From: Trypanosoma brucei
Lineage: Eukaryota
Reading direction: 5' to 3'
Length of the DNA: 64,000 nt
Assembly: GCA_000002445.1 (NCBI GenBank)
Contig: CH464491.1
Location: forward strand, 2,912,001-2,976,000
Position numbers and translations under genes: made by a program. Positions 9,846 to 20,825 of the stretch are shown here, piece by piece (the stretch's first letter is position 1; the number at the start of each line of letters is the position of its first letter). The notes below the pieces were generated by a model that worked only from the letters and a program-made list of their open reading frames with translations, searched no databases and was not told the origin of the DNA.

Positions 9846-10355
9846 ATGTTCCACAGGGCATTCGTCAGTTCAAGTGATTTAACGGGCTGTACGATAGCGC
9901 TTTCAAGCGTTTGCACGCAGAAGAGGTACTGGGCTAAGCCCAAAAAAAGACCGAAAGTCGGTCAAGGTTTTCACGAGAAGGCTCAGAAGTGGCGCGAAGA
10001 ATATCTTCTTGATAGGCATCGTGCCCTTGCCGACAGTCTTCGCGCTTATGTAGAGTTTAGTACCTCTAAGCGCGTGGAACCTTGGGATGCGCGCTTTAAA
10101 CCATTTGACCGTATCGAGAAGGATGGTGTTTATGTGCTTATGCGTTACATGATGGAGGAGAAACTGCAGCTGTGCAACTACCATCATCGCCCCGTCAAGC
10201 GTTTGTTTTGTAACATTGGACTCATGGGACCCCAGATAACGACGAAGGCCCGCTGGAAACCGTATCGCTTTGCAACTAACCCTGCCGGCACCTCGAAGGC
10301 CGAGCGAATGTATCAGAGAGACAAGACTGTGTACACACATGGGCACAACGATTAA
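9846..10355 (+). CDS. Hypothetical basic protein (possible mitochondrial protein)
   Basis: 169-aa ORF with an ATG start. N-terminus 'MFHRAFVSSS' is presequence-like. Lys/Arg-rich. Same strand as the neighbours. Confidence 0.45.
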   Translation: MFHRAFVSSSDLTGCTIALSSVCTQKRYWAKPKKRPKVGQGFHEKAQKWREEYLLDRHRALADSLRAYVEFSTSKRVEPWDARFKPFDRIEKDGVYVLMRYMMEEKLQLCNYHHRPVKRLFCNIGLMGPQITTKARWKPYRFATNPAGTSKAERMYQRDKTVYTHGHND

Positions 10356-10527
10356 GAAAGAAAGGGTGTCGCTGACGCAACCTTCAGTTGCGTGGTACTG
10401 ATGATGGTTTAATGCTGTTGAACTAATTTATCACCTTAGTGACTCATGTTTGGTTGCTGTAAACTAATAAGTGAGTTTGTGTTGCATATGCCCCACCCTC
10501 CCCTATAGCTTTTATCTCGCTCGTTAG

Positions 10528-10869
10528 ATGGGTGGGCCACCAAGGAAGAGAGAGCGTGAAGGGGAAGCTCTTAAGCCAAAGTCTAAAGAGGAACAATTGC
10601 CTATAAAAAACGAATGCACCTTGGACAGGCGCGAGGGAAAGCAAATTGTCGCTGAGAAATGGAGTGAGGTGGTTGTTGACGACAATGAAAGTCAGGAACG
10701 CTCAAACGAAAGTGTATCCGAATCTCAGGTGTATGACACTGAGGAGGAGCTACTGGCGGCAGGTGAGGACCTGAGCGGCGATGCTCTAAAAGATTTCCTG
10801 CGTAAGAACTTCGTCGACTTCATCGATGAGAAGGTGGCCCGTGTCGGTGATCTGGATCTAATGAATTGA
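10528..10869 (+). CDS. Hypothetical small acidic protein
   Basis: 113-aa ORF with an ATG start. Basic N-terminus followed by a highly acidic Ser/Glu-rich body. No recognisable domain. Confidence 0.3.
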   Translation: MGGPPRKREREGEALKPKSKEEQLPIKNECTLDRREGKQIVAEKWSEVVVDDNESQERSNESVSESQVYDTEEELLAAGEDLSGDALKDFLRKNFVDFIDEKVARVGDLDLMN

Positions 10870-11306
10870 TGAAAGACCTTTTCCTCCTTTCTCCACTCGT
10901 CTTTACTCCTCCCTGACGAGGGCGAGAATGCCACGCAGCTGTGGATGTTAGCAAGATGCAACGCTTGGGGTCGGGAAGAGGTGCCAGCTCTCGGAGTCTC
11001 TTCCGTGTGTTTTGTCTTTACCTCACAATACGGATGAAAAGTGGTTGCAGTGGCTGCTTCGATATGTTTCTTGCCCTGTCTTTTTTCTTTGTGCTACTAT
11101 TCCCATCTATTTCCTTTTTCATACACTATTTGTGGCGATTTGAAACCCCAGCTGGTGAGCCCGCTTCTTGGTAGACGAAACCCTGATCACGTGTTTGTGT
11201 TTGTGTGTGTGTGTTTGAGACTTCCCCGCGCTCCCTTGGGATCATCCACCTTTACAGAGACATACTTTTTACTTTCGCGTTTCCTTATGCAAGTAGTTAT
11301 TGGAGC

Positions 11307-14285
11307 ATGTCAGCTACGAGTTTTCATTTCGCAGCGTCAGGGAAAAGCATTCATCATCTGGATGCCGTTGGTGACGTTAGATACTGCAGTGAGCAAGGGA
11401 TCGTGTCCGATATCCTGAATAATATCGGGAGCGGCACTCTGGTCTTTGCTATAGTAGATAATCGCGGGGATGGAGAGGAGCTACTGAGGATGCTGTTTAC
11501 GAGTTTTGCGGATACGTGGGGGAGTCCGCTTGGCGCCTGGACGCAGTTTGGTGTATCATTTATTGATGAAGCTTCGTGCGAGTTGCTTCAGTACCAGTGT
11601 GATCGCCATTCCGATATTGTAAGTATCATTGAAGATGAAGGCGCTCAGTACCGATGTTGTTCAGTAACCGCCTCCGTGGTAGAACCCACGAGTGATTCCT
11701 TCGATTTTTTGAGAGTCACTCTGACCCTGGTGATTTGGAGTGAGAGAAGTGGTGACAAAGATTTTCTCCGAACAGCAGAAATGGTGACAACAGCGCAAGG
11801 GATAAAGCTGGGGTCTATCTTCTTTTACTTTGCTTCTGAAGATATTTCGTTTGTGGACCGATGTTTGTCCATGGCCAACAAACTTCGGGATGTTTGTCTC
11901 ACTCGCACCCTTGGGTCTAACAAAAAAAGAGACTTTGATACACTTTTGAAACAGGTGAGGGGATGGTCACTCTTCACAAACGAGTTCTATCGTATGGGTC
12001 CGCAGTTGGAGGGTCCGTATTTAATCAATCTCAATCCCCGTTTGGTTGTCGGAGAGAAGCTTGCCCACCTTGTGTCGCGTGGTGTTAGTTGGATTGTGGC
12101 GGATGGGTCTAGTGCGAGTTACAGCGATATTGTTGTACTTCCATTGGGTTGTGGTAGCGATGGGAAAAATCCTGGAAATGTGTTCTCACCTCACTGCAGT
12201 CTTAGTTACGAAGGGGAAACTGTGTTTATCCGCCCAGAGTGCGGTATGACGTACGTTAACGGAAAATTTTTATCATGCGAGACAGAGTTACAGCATGACG
12301 ATCGTATTTTGCTGGGGAGTGGAATGGCCTTTCGCTTCGTCTTGGTAACTGCAAAGGAGCAGCAAGAACAATCGCCAAGAGTCGTTGATTGGGAATCTAC
12401 TTTCAAAGAGTTCGAGATGGCGGCAGTGAACGTTACCAAGGAGGCCGAGCTACGCCAGCTCAATGATGAGGTTGCAGACTTACGCGAGGAGTGCGACCAA
12501 CTTCGGCTTCAGCTCCAACAGGGAAGCCAAAGGAGTAACAAGGCGTGGTTGGTTCTCAGTAATCCTTCGGACACCCACGCAGGGCCTTGTGTTTGGGACT
12601 TGTGTTGGATGGTTGACGGTGATTCTGTAACCCTTGGGCCAGGGGGTGACATCTCTCCCCATTTAACCGAATCTGCTGCAATTTTACGAACGGCGGAGGG
12701 CTTCGTATGCCGTTCGGACTCTGGGGACACGGAGCTGGCTCATCTACAGCCATTTACTATAGGAGGAGGCGTATTTTCATTATGCCTACAGAGTGCTCTG
12801 GTGAACGCGAAGAGCAGCGCGGCACAGAGCGGCTCGAGTTCCGAGCTGGCTAGGTTGGAGCGCGAGCGAGGGGATGATGTAAACGAAGTTAAGAGAACTC
12901 TTTATACGCTGCAGTGGACAATCGCTCATTTGTTGGACTTCGCTTTTCCAAAAGGAAAGGGGGCTGCCGACGACTTGAATGATGTTGCAGATCCGCCAAT
13001 CAGGGCGCTGGTAACAGACTACAGCATATACACAGATGGCGAGTTTACGCTGCAGGGGCTGGCAGCGCAGGCAAGGACCATGATTGAAGCGATACAAATG
13101 TCTATGTCCAGAATGGCAGGGGAAATCAGTGGCGTCCTTACGCCGGTGAAACGTGCTGGTGGTGACGTTCGACTCCCCGAGACTCTGAGAGAAGGAACCC
13201 TTGGACGAGTTAAGAGGGAAAAATATCTTTCGTGTGAGACAAACGAAAAAGTGGCAAATTCAGCACGGAGAGCACTAACCGATCTTAATTCGAGGTCAAA
13301 GAGACCCCACAAGTCTACCATTTCTCAACTAAGTGAAGAGGAGTTACATGCACGTACGCTTGACCACCTTAGCGCCCAGGTGATGATTTTAAAAGCCAAG
13401 TGTTTCGTTGCTGCTCCCTTAGTTGTGAGGCAGATGAGCGTAGCCCTGCAAGTTCTTTCCTATGCCTGTGATTCTAAAATACAATTGAAACGGTACATCA
13501 GGGAGCTGGACTTGATATTGGAGAAGGACCCAAACGTGGTGGAGCTCAATGAGTGCAAGAAGCGGAACATCGCACTCGCTCTCGTTGACGTGCTTGTCTC
13601 TTTGAATTATGTAATGAGAAACTGTCACTTTACTCTTGCTGATAGGGAAACCGTGGATAGCCGACTGAAGCAATGGACATCCATTGCCGACATTTGTATT
13701 CCCGTTATCAGCAATGCCGAATCGTGGAGGCACAAGCCAAACATGGATCCAAGTCTCATGGCTCGGCAACGGCGTGCGCCTGCTGCTGTACACAATACTG
13801 CCCTTGCAAGTGCTGCCACTGTAAACGCTACTACCACCATTTTGAACACGCGGAGGACGCGTTTGCAGCCGACCACACCGCGTGAGGTGGGGCAGACGCT
13901 GCGCAGTGCGCCGCCGGGTGGACAGGAGCATGTTGCGGCTTCGTACACAGTGCATCAAAGACGGCAGATGCTGAGCGGCACACCGGCTTCAACGTTAAGA
14001 AAGGCCCCAGCCGCCGACTCAGTTAATCGGGGAGTGAGCAAGTCATCGTTTCCCAAGCACATTCCTGTTTCCCCCCGGTTGGGCGCGCACGCTAAGGCAT
14101 CTGGAAAGGTGACACCATTGCGACTCAACCTTGCCACGCCATACCAATGCGCAGTAAGCAGCCCAAGGATCAACTCGGCCGCAAGGTCCGTGCCGCCTGA
14201 TGTATCTAATTTTAATTCCTCAAGAACAGCGACGATGGGACGGTCTGCGACCACTGGGACACCTCTCAAAGCAAGAAAGGCGTGA
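11307..14285 (+). CDS. FHA-domain-containing coiled-coil protein (hypothetical)
   Basis: The long ORF's track start at 11205 is GTG. The first ATG is at 11307 ('MSATSFHF'). FHA-like segment 'GETVFIRPECGMTYVNGKFL...DDRILLGSGMAFRFV', then a coiled coil ('EAELRQLNDEVADLREECDQLRLQLQQ') and a Ser/Thr/Pro/Ala-rich basic tail. Confidence 0.6.
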   Translation: MSATSFHFAASGKSIHHLDAVGDVRYCSEQGIVSDILNNIGSGTLVFAIVDNRGDGEELLRMLFTSFADTWGSPLGAWTQFGVSFIDEASCELLQYQCDRHSDIVSIIEDEGAQYRCCSVTASVVEPTSDSFDFLRVTLTLVIWSERSGDKDFLRTAEMVTTAQGIKLGSIFFYFASEDISFVDRCLSMANKLRDVCLTRTLGSNKKRDFDTLLKQVRGWSLFTNEFYRMGPQLEGPYLINLNPRLVVGEKLAHLVSRGVSWIVADGSSASYSDIVVLPLGCGSDGKNPGNVFSPHCSLSYEGETVFIRPECGMTYVNGKFLSCETELQHDDRILLGSGMAFRFVLVTAKEQQEQSPRVVDWESTFKEFEMAAVNVTKEAELRQLNDEVADLREECDQLRLQLQQGSQRSNKAWLVLSNPSDTHAGPCVWDLCWMVDGDSVTLGPGGDISPHLTESAAILRTAEGFVCRSDSGDTELAHLQPFTIGGGVFSLCLQSALVNAKSSAAQSGSSSELARLERERGDDVNEVKRTLYTLQWTIAHLLDFAFPKGKGAADDLNDVADPPIRALVTDYSIYTDGEFTLQGLAAQARTMIEAIQMSMSRMAGEISGVLTPVKRAGGDVRLPETLREGTLGRVKREKYLSCETNEKVANSARRALTDLNSRSKRPHKSTISQLSEEELHARTLDHLSAQVMILKAKCFVAAPLVVRQMSVALQVLSYACDSKIQLKRYIRELDLILEKDPNVVELNECKKRNIALALVDVLVSLNYVMRNCHFTLADRETVDSRLKQWTSIADICIPVISNAESWRHKPNMDPSLMARQRRAPAAVHNTALASAATVNATTTILNTRRTRLQPTTPREVGQTLRSAPPGGQEHVAASYTVHQRRQMLSGTPASTLRKAPAADSVNRGVSKSSFPKHIPVSPRLGAHAKASGKVTPLRLNLATPYQCAVSSPRINSAARSVPPDVSNFNSSRTATMGRSATTGTPLKARKA

Positions 14286-15504
14286 GGTGGCAATGTGATT
14301 TGTTTCGTTTTCTCTCACTGTCCCCCCTTTTCCCTAACCCCTTTTATCTATTTTTTTTTTGCCTGTGTGGGGATAACGAAGAAAACGACAGCAATAAAAT
14401 CGCTTTGCTCCCTGCTTAGGTGTGTTCATGCTTTGTCGGTACGTTTTGTGGAAGAACTGAATGCAGAACTCCTCTCTTTTTTTTAAAACACTTTCATTAT
14501 TCGCGCTGAAACCTGGTTGGCCACCTATGTTCCCAATCGTGCGCCGCAGTTGTGAGCAAGGTGCTCGCACACATCTTTCCTTGTTCATTTCCCCTCGTTG
14601 TAATCGATCTTTTTGGCATTCAATGTTACTTTTCTCGACACTTCAACGTTTGAGTACCACTCACGCTGCGTGACCAGACCCTCAGAGTGACGCGTTTGTG
14701 TTTCGCAACAGTCAGTTGACTGTGTGCGCGTATGCATTTGTATGTCCTTGGCAGCAGGGGCTCCACATAATTTAAGTCTTTGCCTTCGCAAGGCGTACCT
14801 TTTCTTTCCCTTTCGCCAAACACCTGTCAGGATGGAGTGATCTACAACGATTAGATACCCCAGGTTCCCGGATCGTTTCCGTACTGCTCTGTGTTTCAAA
14901 ACTTGTCTTAGGAGGCGGAAGACCTATATGTTGCGGTGGAGTTTACTACGAAGAGATCAAGTAGTCACGCATTTATTTATAAAAATGCTATACATATATG
15001 CCTATATGTATGTATATCGGGATGGAAGGCAGGGTTAGCGACTTCTTGATGTAGGGGGTTTGGACCTTAGTGGAACTCGGTTTAACTTCCCGTGTTTGCT
15101 AATGGAAAACCCACCTGAAGGAAACGCTAAGATACTTATTGCCTTTTCATGTTTATGCGGACGCAGGGGGGTGGATTGAACGTTCAGTTTTCTGAAGTTG
15201 ACGATCCAACTAGAGGGGATGGGGTGGGAATCTGCTTGTGGTTTGAACCTAGGTGTAAAATGTAGTGGCAGCCAACAACTTTCTCTTTGCTACCCTGGAT
15301 AACAACGTTGAACATGTTCCGTTAATTACGTTTTTAGGTACTGTACAGTTTCGCCTTTCACGTGCAACCAGCTTTCCAGATGCAACTAAAATGTGGGGAC
15401 GCTTGCATTAGATTCTGTTATTTTTTCTATTTTCCTATTTAAATTTCTTTCCTGGAATGCGCACCGAACCGCCCGCAATTCCGAACGTACACCACGTAGG
15501 ATAG

Positions 15505-16485
15505 ATGGAAAGGATGTCTCTCGCGGTGGTGAGACAGCTTGACGCTGACCACGAAAGGGGGGGAATCTGGTATCTTTCCGGACACCGGGACCATGTGCTT
15601 TCGATTGCTGCTAGCAGTCATGGTGTGTTCGCGACGTGCGACGCAAAAGGATTGGGTCTGTTATGGAAACACGATACTTCCCATTCTAACAGTGATCCCT
15701 CTCATGTCAGCAGGATATCTAGTGAGGGACCGGCTATCGTTGCGGCCTGTTTCCCTTCCAGCACGCGACTTTGTACGGCTCAAGGTAATGGACGGGTTGG
15801 CGTATGGGATATCGAAGCCTCCACGGAAGTGCAGTCACTTTCGCGTCTCCCCAGTCGTGGCAAGTCGGTAAATTGGCCGGTTATTAACGCACTTTCGGCG
15901 TGGGAGAGCGATCTTGTTGCCTACGGTGGCGATGATGGCTATTTGGTTCTTAGCAGTCTTGCGGTAAGGAATCCTGTTGTGTCAGTGAACCTGCGGGTTC
16001 CCATTACATCTGTTGCCGCAGCGGCCACTTCATTGCTTGTTGGTGATGTTCTTGGGAACATTCGTTGCTTTGATACGCGGACATTTAAAAGCCTCTATTG
16101 TTTTCAGGGACACCGTGGTGTCGTGACCTCTGTATCGGTGAAGGAAGATGCTTCCTTGGCGGTGTCGTACGGCATGGATGACTCCCTTGCTTTGTGGAAT
16201 GCGCTGCCCTTTTCACTCACCACAGAGGACCGTTTGATTCACAGGGGAGAATTCCACCAAGGCGACACAAAGACTCTTTTACGCTGTGATTGGGCAACTA
16301 GCGGTGCAGCTCTAGTTCCCGTGAGCGATGGTCGTGTTGTGTATCTTAGTGCCCCGACGCTTGATGGTATCAGAACAATACTCCCTGGGCGTCACCGACG
16401 GGAGCCGGCACAGTGTGCCGCATTCATTGGGGATGGCTATGCTGTAAGCTCGGCTGAGACCGAGGTAATATTACAGCGAATTTAA
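15505..16485 (+). CDS. WD40-repeat protein
   Basis: 326 aa. Repeated 'GH..(V)..V...(D).....(W)' blocks: 'GHRDHVLSIAAS...LLWKHD', 'NGRVGVWDIEA' and 'GHRGVVTSVSV...LALWNA'. Confidence 0.65.
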   Translation: MERMSLAVVRQLDADHERGGIWYLSGHRDHVLSIAASSHGVFATCDAKGLGLLWKHDTSHSNSDPSHVSRISSEGPAIVAACFPSSTRLCTAQGNGRVGVWDIEASTEVQSLSRLPSRGKSVNWPVINALSAWESDLVAYGGDDGYLVLSSLAVRNPVVSVNLRVPITSVAAAATSLLVGDVLGNIRCFDTRTFKSLYCFQGHRGVVTSVSVKEDASLAVSYGMDDSLALWNALPFSLTTEDRLIHRGEFHQGDTKTLLRCDWATSGAALVPVSDGRVVYLSAPTLDGIRTILPGRHRREPAQCAAFIGDGYAVSSAETEVILQRI

Positions 16486-16625
16486 TAAAACCATTCTGTA
16501 CCGGCCCTTCGTTCACTGTGAACTATATTGCTGTGCATGCATATTGACTTTAGGTCCTCTTGGTACCTTTCCCTCTGCTCTTCCTGTTCCCTTCTTATTT
16601 TTAGTCCCGACAGTGCAGGCACGCC

Positions 16626-18812
16626 ATGAAGTTCGGAAAGCGGCTTATAGAGGAGGAGGTGGAGCAGTGGAAGGATTTCTATGTAAATTACAAACGGCTG
16701 AAAAAGTTCATACACAGTTCCCCGTTGACAGGAGTCGAGTTTAGCGAAGAACTGTTTCGAATTATAGGTGAGGAACTTGAACGCGCCGGGGGGCTGTTTA
16801 AAGAGCTTCTGGAAGAACTTCATCGGTGCCATGATGAGCTCCTTGAACAGGATCCTCAACTTCCCGCTGTGCCATCCAAGCTACCCTGGATGTTCAACAG
16901 GAAGCGTGTGCATCGTGAGAAACTAAACTCGCCAAGGGAGGGGCTCTCTATCGCCTTCGAGAGTTCAACTGAGAACTCAATGATGAATGAGATAGTGGTG
17001 GAACAGCGTGAGGGCTTTGTCTCCAAGTTTAAGAAATGTTTCTTGAAGCTCATTGGTGATTCGCAGAAGCAGGAAATTGAAGAGGATACACCAAGGGCTA
17101 GGTTTCTTGAGTGGCACTCGAGTGCGCACATGCTGCAACATTTTGCCGAGTTGAACCTGGAAGCAATACGTAAATCAGCGAAGAAGCTTCGAAAGTACCG
17201 TCGAAATGAGGGGGACTTCACCATCTCCATTGAAGCAGAGATTAGCCGTTCGCAGATTGGTAGATCACTTCCTCGCCTTCATGTTTTTATGACTGATGTT
17301 GATGCTGACTACGAGCGTAAGTTTGGAGAGGCTCTGGTCCAATTTAAAAACATTACCATAAACCAGACCTACCATGCGAAGTGGCGTTTTGTCTTTCTCT
17401 CGGCTGCTCTCTTCTGGATTCTGATGTTTTTCCCAATATTAGAGAGTCACCCGTCGGCACATAATTGTGTGGCACTGTTTGGTGTTATAATCTCGTTGTG
17501 GATAACGGAGGCTATTCCTTTCTTCTGCACTGCCATGCTCATTCCCATTATAGCCGTACCGCTTGGAATAATTACTGACCCGGCAACACATCGAGTCGCC
17601 AGCACAACTGTTGCATCCCGCATTATCCTTAGCAGAATGATGGATCACGTTCAGATACTTGTGCTTGGCGGTCTAACTATTGGAAAGGCACTGGGCCGCA
17701 CACACTTGGAGGTTTACGCCGCCGGCGCACTTTACCGTCTCACTGCTCACCGTCCTTCGATGTATTTGCTGGGTGTAATGCTGTGTAGCAGCGTCTTGTG
17801 TGCATTCGTATCTAATATCGCCGCTCCTCTTTTGGTTCTTGGTGTGATACGACCAACGCTGTGGGAATTTCCAGAAGATACGGAGGCCCCGCATGCCATC
17901 TTACTTGGTTTAGCTTTCGCCTGCGACATTGGTGGGATGCTGTCGCCCATAGCCTCGCCTCAAAATGCTGTAGCGCTGTCCGTGCTAAGTTTCCATGATG
18001 TGTCCTTTTTGTCGTGGGTCACCGTTGCGCTCCCTCTCGTGTTGGTTGGTGTGGTTGCATCGTGGGCTATCATTTTGCTCGTGTGGAAACCCTTCAAGAA
18101 CGTGTCGAGCATTCCTCTGCAAGTGGTTAACACAGAGGGGAACAAGGAAGTGAGACTTGCGGATCAAGTTGTTGTGGTAATGGTGTCACTCATTACTGTC
18201 GTACTGTGGGTGCTGCCGCCTAATTTGCTGTTTGGAGACACTGGTGTGGTTGCCTTAATACCCATCGTAGTTTTTTTTGGGATTGGTATATTGGCTAAGG
18301 AGGATTTTAACACACTCTCATGGCATCTCATGTTTCTGTTGGCTGGAGGAAACATGCTTGGCCTTTGCGCAAGGGATTCGAAGATGCTAGACATCATTGC
18401 CGACAGTTTGCACGACACGCTGGTATCACAGCCACCGTACACAACACTAGTGTCTCTGATTCTTGTGGTAGGGGTCGTGACGACATTCGTTTCTCATACC
18501 GTGGCAGCTATGATACTTCTCCCGATGATTCTTAAGATTGGCTTGGTGCTACCCAAGGAGGAGGGAGTTTTTGCGGTGTCTCCTTTCACCCTTGTGTTTC
18601 TTAGTGCACTCATGTGTTCTGGTGCCATGGCATTTCCCATCAGCTCCTTTCCCAATGTCAACTCGCTGCTTGCGGAGGACTCGCGCGGCCGCCCGTATCT
18701 CAAAGCGAAAGACTTCCTCTTCTGTGGAACCATCATTACATTCTTGCTGTTCATCTGTTTTGTCACATGGATGGTTCCATTTACATATGTTGTGTTTGAA
18801 GGCAAACCGTAG
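16626..18812 (+). CDS. PHO91: SPX-domain / SLC13 (DASS) family phosphate transporter, Pho91-like
   Basis: N-terminal SPX signature 'MKFGKRLIEEEVEQWKDFYVNYKRLKK', then about 12 hydrophobic helices carrying the Na+/sulfate–dicarboxylate symporter motif region ('SPIASPQNAVA', 'AFPISSFPNVNS'). Confidence 0.85.
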   Translation: MKFGKRLIEEEVEQWKDFYVNYKRLKKFIHSSPLTGVEFSEELFRIIGEELERAGGLFKELLEELHRCHDELLEQDPQLPAVPSKLPWMFNRKRVHREKLNSPREGLSIAFESSTENSMMNEIVVEQREGFVSKFKKCFLKLIGDSQKQEIEEDTPRARFLEWHSSAHMLQHFAELNLEAIRKSAKKLRKYRRNEGDFTISIEAEISRSQIGRSLPRLHVFMTDVDADYERKFGEALVQFKNITINQTYHAKWRFVFLSAALFWILMFFPILESHPSAHNCVALFGVIISLWITEAIPFFCTAMLIPIIAVPLGIITDPATHRVASTTVASRIILSRMMDHVQILVLGGLTIGKALGRTHLEVYAAGALYRLTAHRPSMYLLGVMLCSSVLCAFVSNIAAPLLVLGVIRPTLWEFPEDTEAPHAILLGLAFACDIGGMLSPIASPQNAVALSVLSFHDVSFLSWVTVALPLVLVGVVASWAIILLVWKPFKNVSSIPLQVVNTEGNKEVRLADQVVVVMVSLITVVLWVLPPNLLFGDTGVVALIPIVVFFGIGILAKEDFNTLSWHLMFLLAGGNMLGLCARDSKMLDIIADSLHDTLVSQPPYTTLVSLILVVGVVTTFVSHTVAAMILLPMILKIGLVLPKEEGVFAVSPFTLVFLSALMCSGAMAFPISSFPNVNSLLAEDSRGRPYLKAKDFLFCGTIITFLLFICFVTWMVPFTYVVFEGKP

Positions 18813-19979
18813 CTGTGGTCGTGGTGGTTTATTGGGGTATTGTTTGGTTGCCAGTTGTCTTGTTCCGTTCGCATCGACAGAAGGGTACAGGAGCTGGACT
18901 GCGGTTTCGTCGTGCTGTCATTATTGTTATTATCTCTACGTCCTCCGTGCTTTTTGTGCCGTTTTCGTTTTCGTTGCCTTTTTTTTTTACATATATCGAG
19001 AAACCTAATCTTTCAACTTCCCAGTTTTGGCAGAGGGATGTCTCCTTCCAGGTAGCGCCCAGTGCCGCAGTCAGGGGGGGGGGACGGGGAGAGAAGTCTG
19101 GTGGATATTGGTCATGGTATGCACAGGGAGGCAGGGCAAGAGGTCGAAACGTTAAATACCATATGAGCGCTTGTGCGTAGCGTGTGTGGGTTTAGGAAGG
19201 TATGTGATGGGAACAGGAAAATGAAACTGCGGGAAATCGGCAAGTATATGGCGGATGCCAACACTTTCCACTGGGGTGGACGATGTACATGCTCATGCTG
19301 ACGCAAGTTCATGGTTCTTACGTGTGCGTTTATGTTTTTCGTGGTGAATAAGAGGTTGTTTTCGCTTCGTTACAGAGCGGTAGAGAAAGGGAGTGGGGTT
19401 GGCGCAATGGTAGGGAGGGTGGGGGAGGAACGGTCACAGTGCAGTCCATGCCCTGAGCTTATTCGTATCGTGTTGCTAATCACTACCGCATTCCCCTTTT
19501 TGTGTACTTTGTCGCGCGGTTCAGGTATTATTTATTGGTAGGCACACTTGCTCCATTACGTTTTACCCTCGTTGGTTTTTGTTATTTCTCAACCACAAAG
19601 ATTTTGCGGTGCGGAGAGAAACCGAAAGCAAGTCTCGTATTGTCTCCACTTGTACCTTGTATACCTCCACCCTGTGGCATCATCCTCCGCTTTCTTTCCA
19701 CTTATTTTCCTGCTTTCGTACAAGGTTTTTGTTGCGCTTGCCCGTCCACCCACCTTTCCACCGTGTTCTTGCCTCAAGTGTTTTTTTTCTGGAATCATAA
19801 CGTTATTGTCGCTATCACGTGCTATTCGGCCGCTTTGATTCTTTCTACTGCGGCTCCCCTCTCGTTCCAGTGGTTTCACGTCTAGCAGACCCTTTCTAGG
19901 ATTCGGTGCTTTGAGTGTAGAAGGCCAACGTCGGGGGGCAAAAGGGCGGTGGGTTGTGTTGAGCGCTGCCACCGTCTAC

Positions 19980-20495
19980 ATGAACCTAGAGCTGTATGTA
20001 ACACTCGCTGATTTGTCGAGGCTGCCGCGTGGAGAGCCTCACGATGTTAAGACGCTTATATGCCGTGCGGACACGGTACGGGCTCCAAGGCCTAGGGAAC
20101 TTCTTTCCGGGCGTGTGTTTGACATTAGTGGGCAGCTGCTTGATACAGAGTACAAGGGGATGCCAGGCGAGACGTGCGTGCACGTTTTTTTCTACGATGA
20201 GTGGGCCTCCGCTGCTTCTTTCATCGAAAGGGATGATATTGTAATTCTTAAGGGATTTACTGTGTACGACACCCCACGCGTTGGAGACCATGATGTCGAG
20301 TTCCCATTTTTTGTTACACCGATTCCTCATATGGCCGCGTTGCGTGCCTTGCAGAAGGGGCACAAAGATGACATCATGGAGGTGACGGTGACGGCCGATG
20401 CGCTGGAGACGCCGAACATTCGTGTCATGCCTAAAAGGCTCTGGGGCTCGTACATCGCTAACGACATGCAGTGTCCACGCACAAACAACGACTGA
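19980..20495 (+). CDS. Hypothetical protein (possible OB-fold)
   Basis: The track start at 19911 is TTG. The first ATG is at 19980, giving a 171-aa ORF. No confident domain. Confidence 0.4.
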   Translation: MNLELYVTLADLSRLPRGEPHDVKTLICRADTVRAPRPRELLSGRVFDISGQLLDTEYKGMPGETCVHVFFYDEWASAASFIERDDIVILKGFTVYDTPRVGDHDVEFPFFVTPIPHMAALRALQKGHKDDIMEVTVTADALETPNIRVMPKRLWGSYIANDMQCPRTNND

Positions 20496-20825
20496 AAATT
20501 CCTCTAATTGACTCCCTTTCCGCGGAAGTACCCGGCGGAAAGGCGGGAAATTAGCTAAGCTACAAAGGGTGTGTTTAGATCGTAAAGTGTTGACAGCTAC
20601 CGACACTGCGGACCGCACGCCCCCGCCTTTGTCTGAGAGGAAGGAAGCCCGTCTTTCCCTTTTTTGGAATTACAAGCTGACGGAGTCACTATGTAATTTG
20701 CATTTGTATTGTCCTTTCAGTGGTTTCTTCTCTATGTTTGTATATGGTTTCTGGGCGACTATTGCACCGCTTCTTGTATTCAATTTTGCCACGAATGATT
20801 ATGTAGAAGACTTTGCTCTTTTCCT

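Noticed and set aside
14286-15504. Possible tRNA or snoRNA genes in long intergenic regions
   Set aside because: I searched by eye for T-loop-like GGTTCGAATCC or GTTCAA consensus and for C-box (RUGAUGA) and D-box (CUGA) pairs. Nothing convincing turned up. It cannot be excluded without covariance-model scans.
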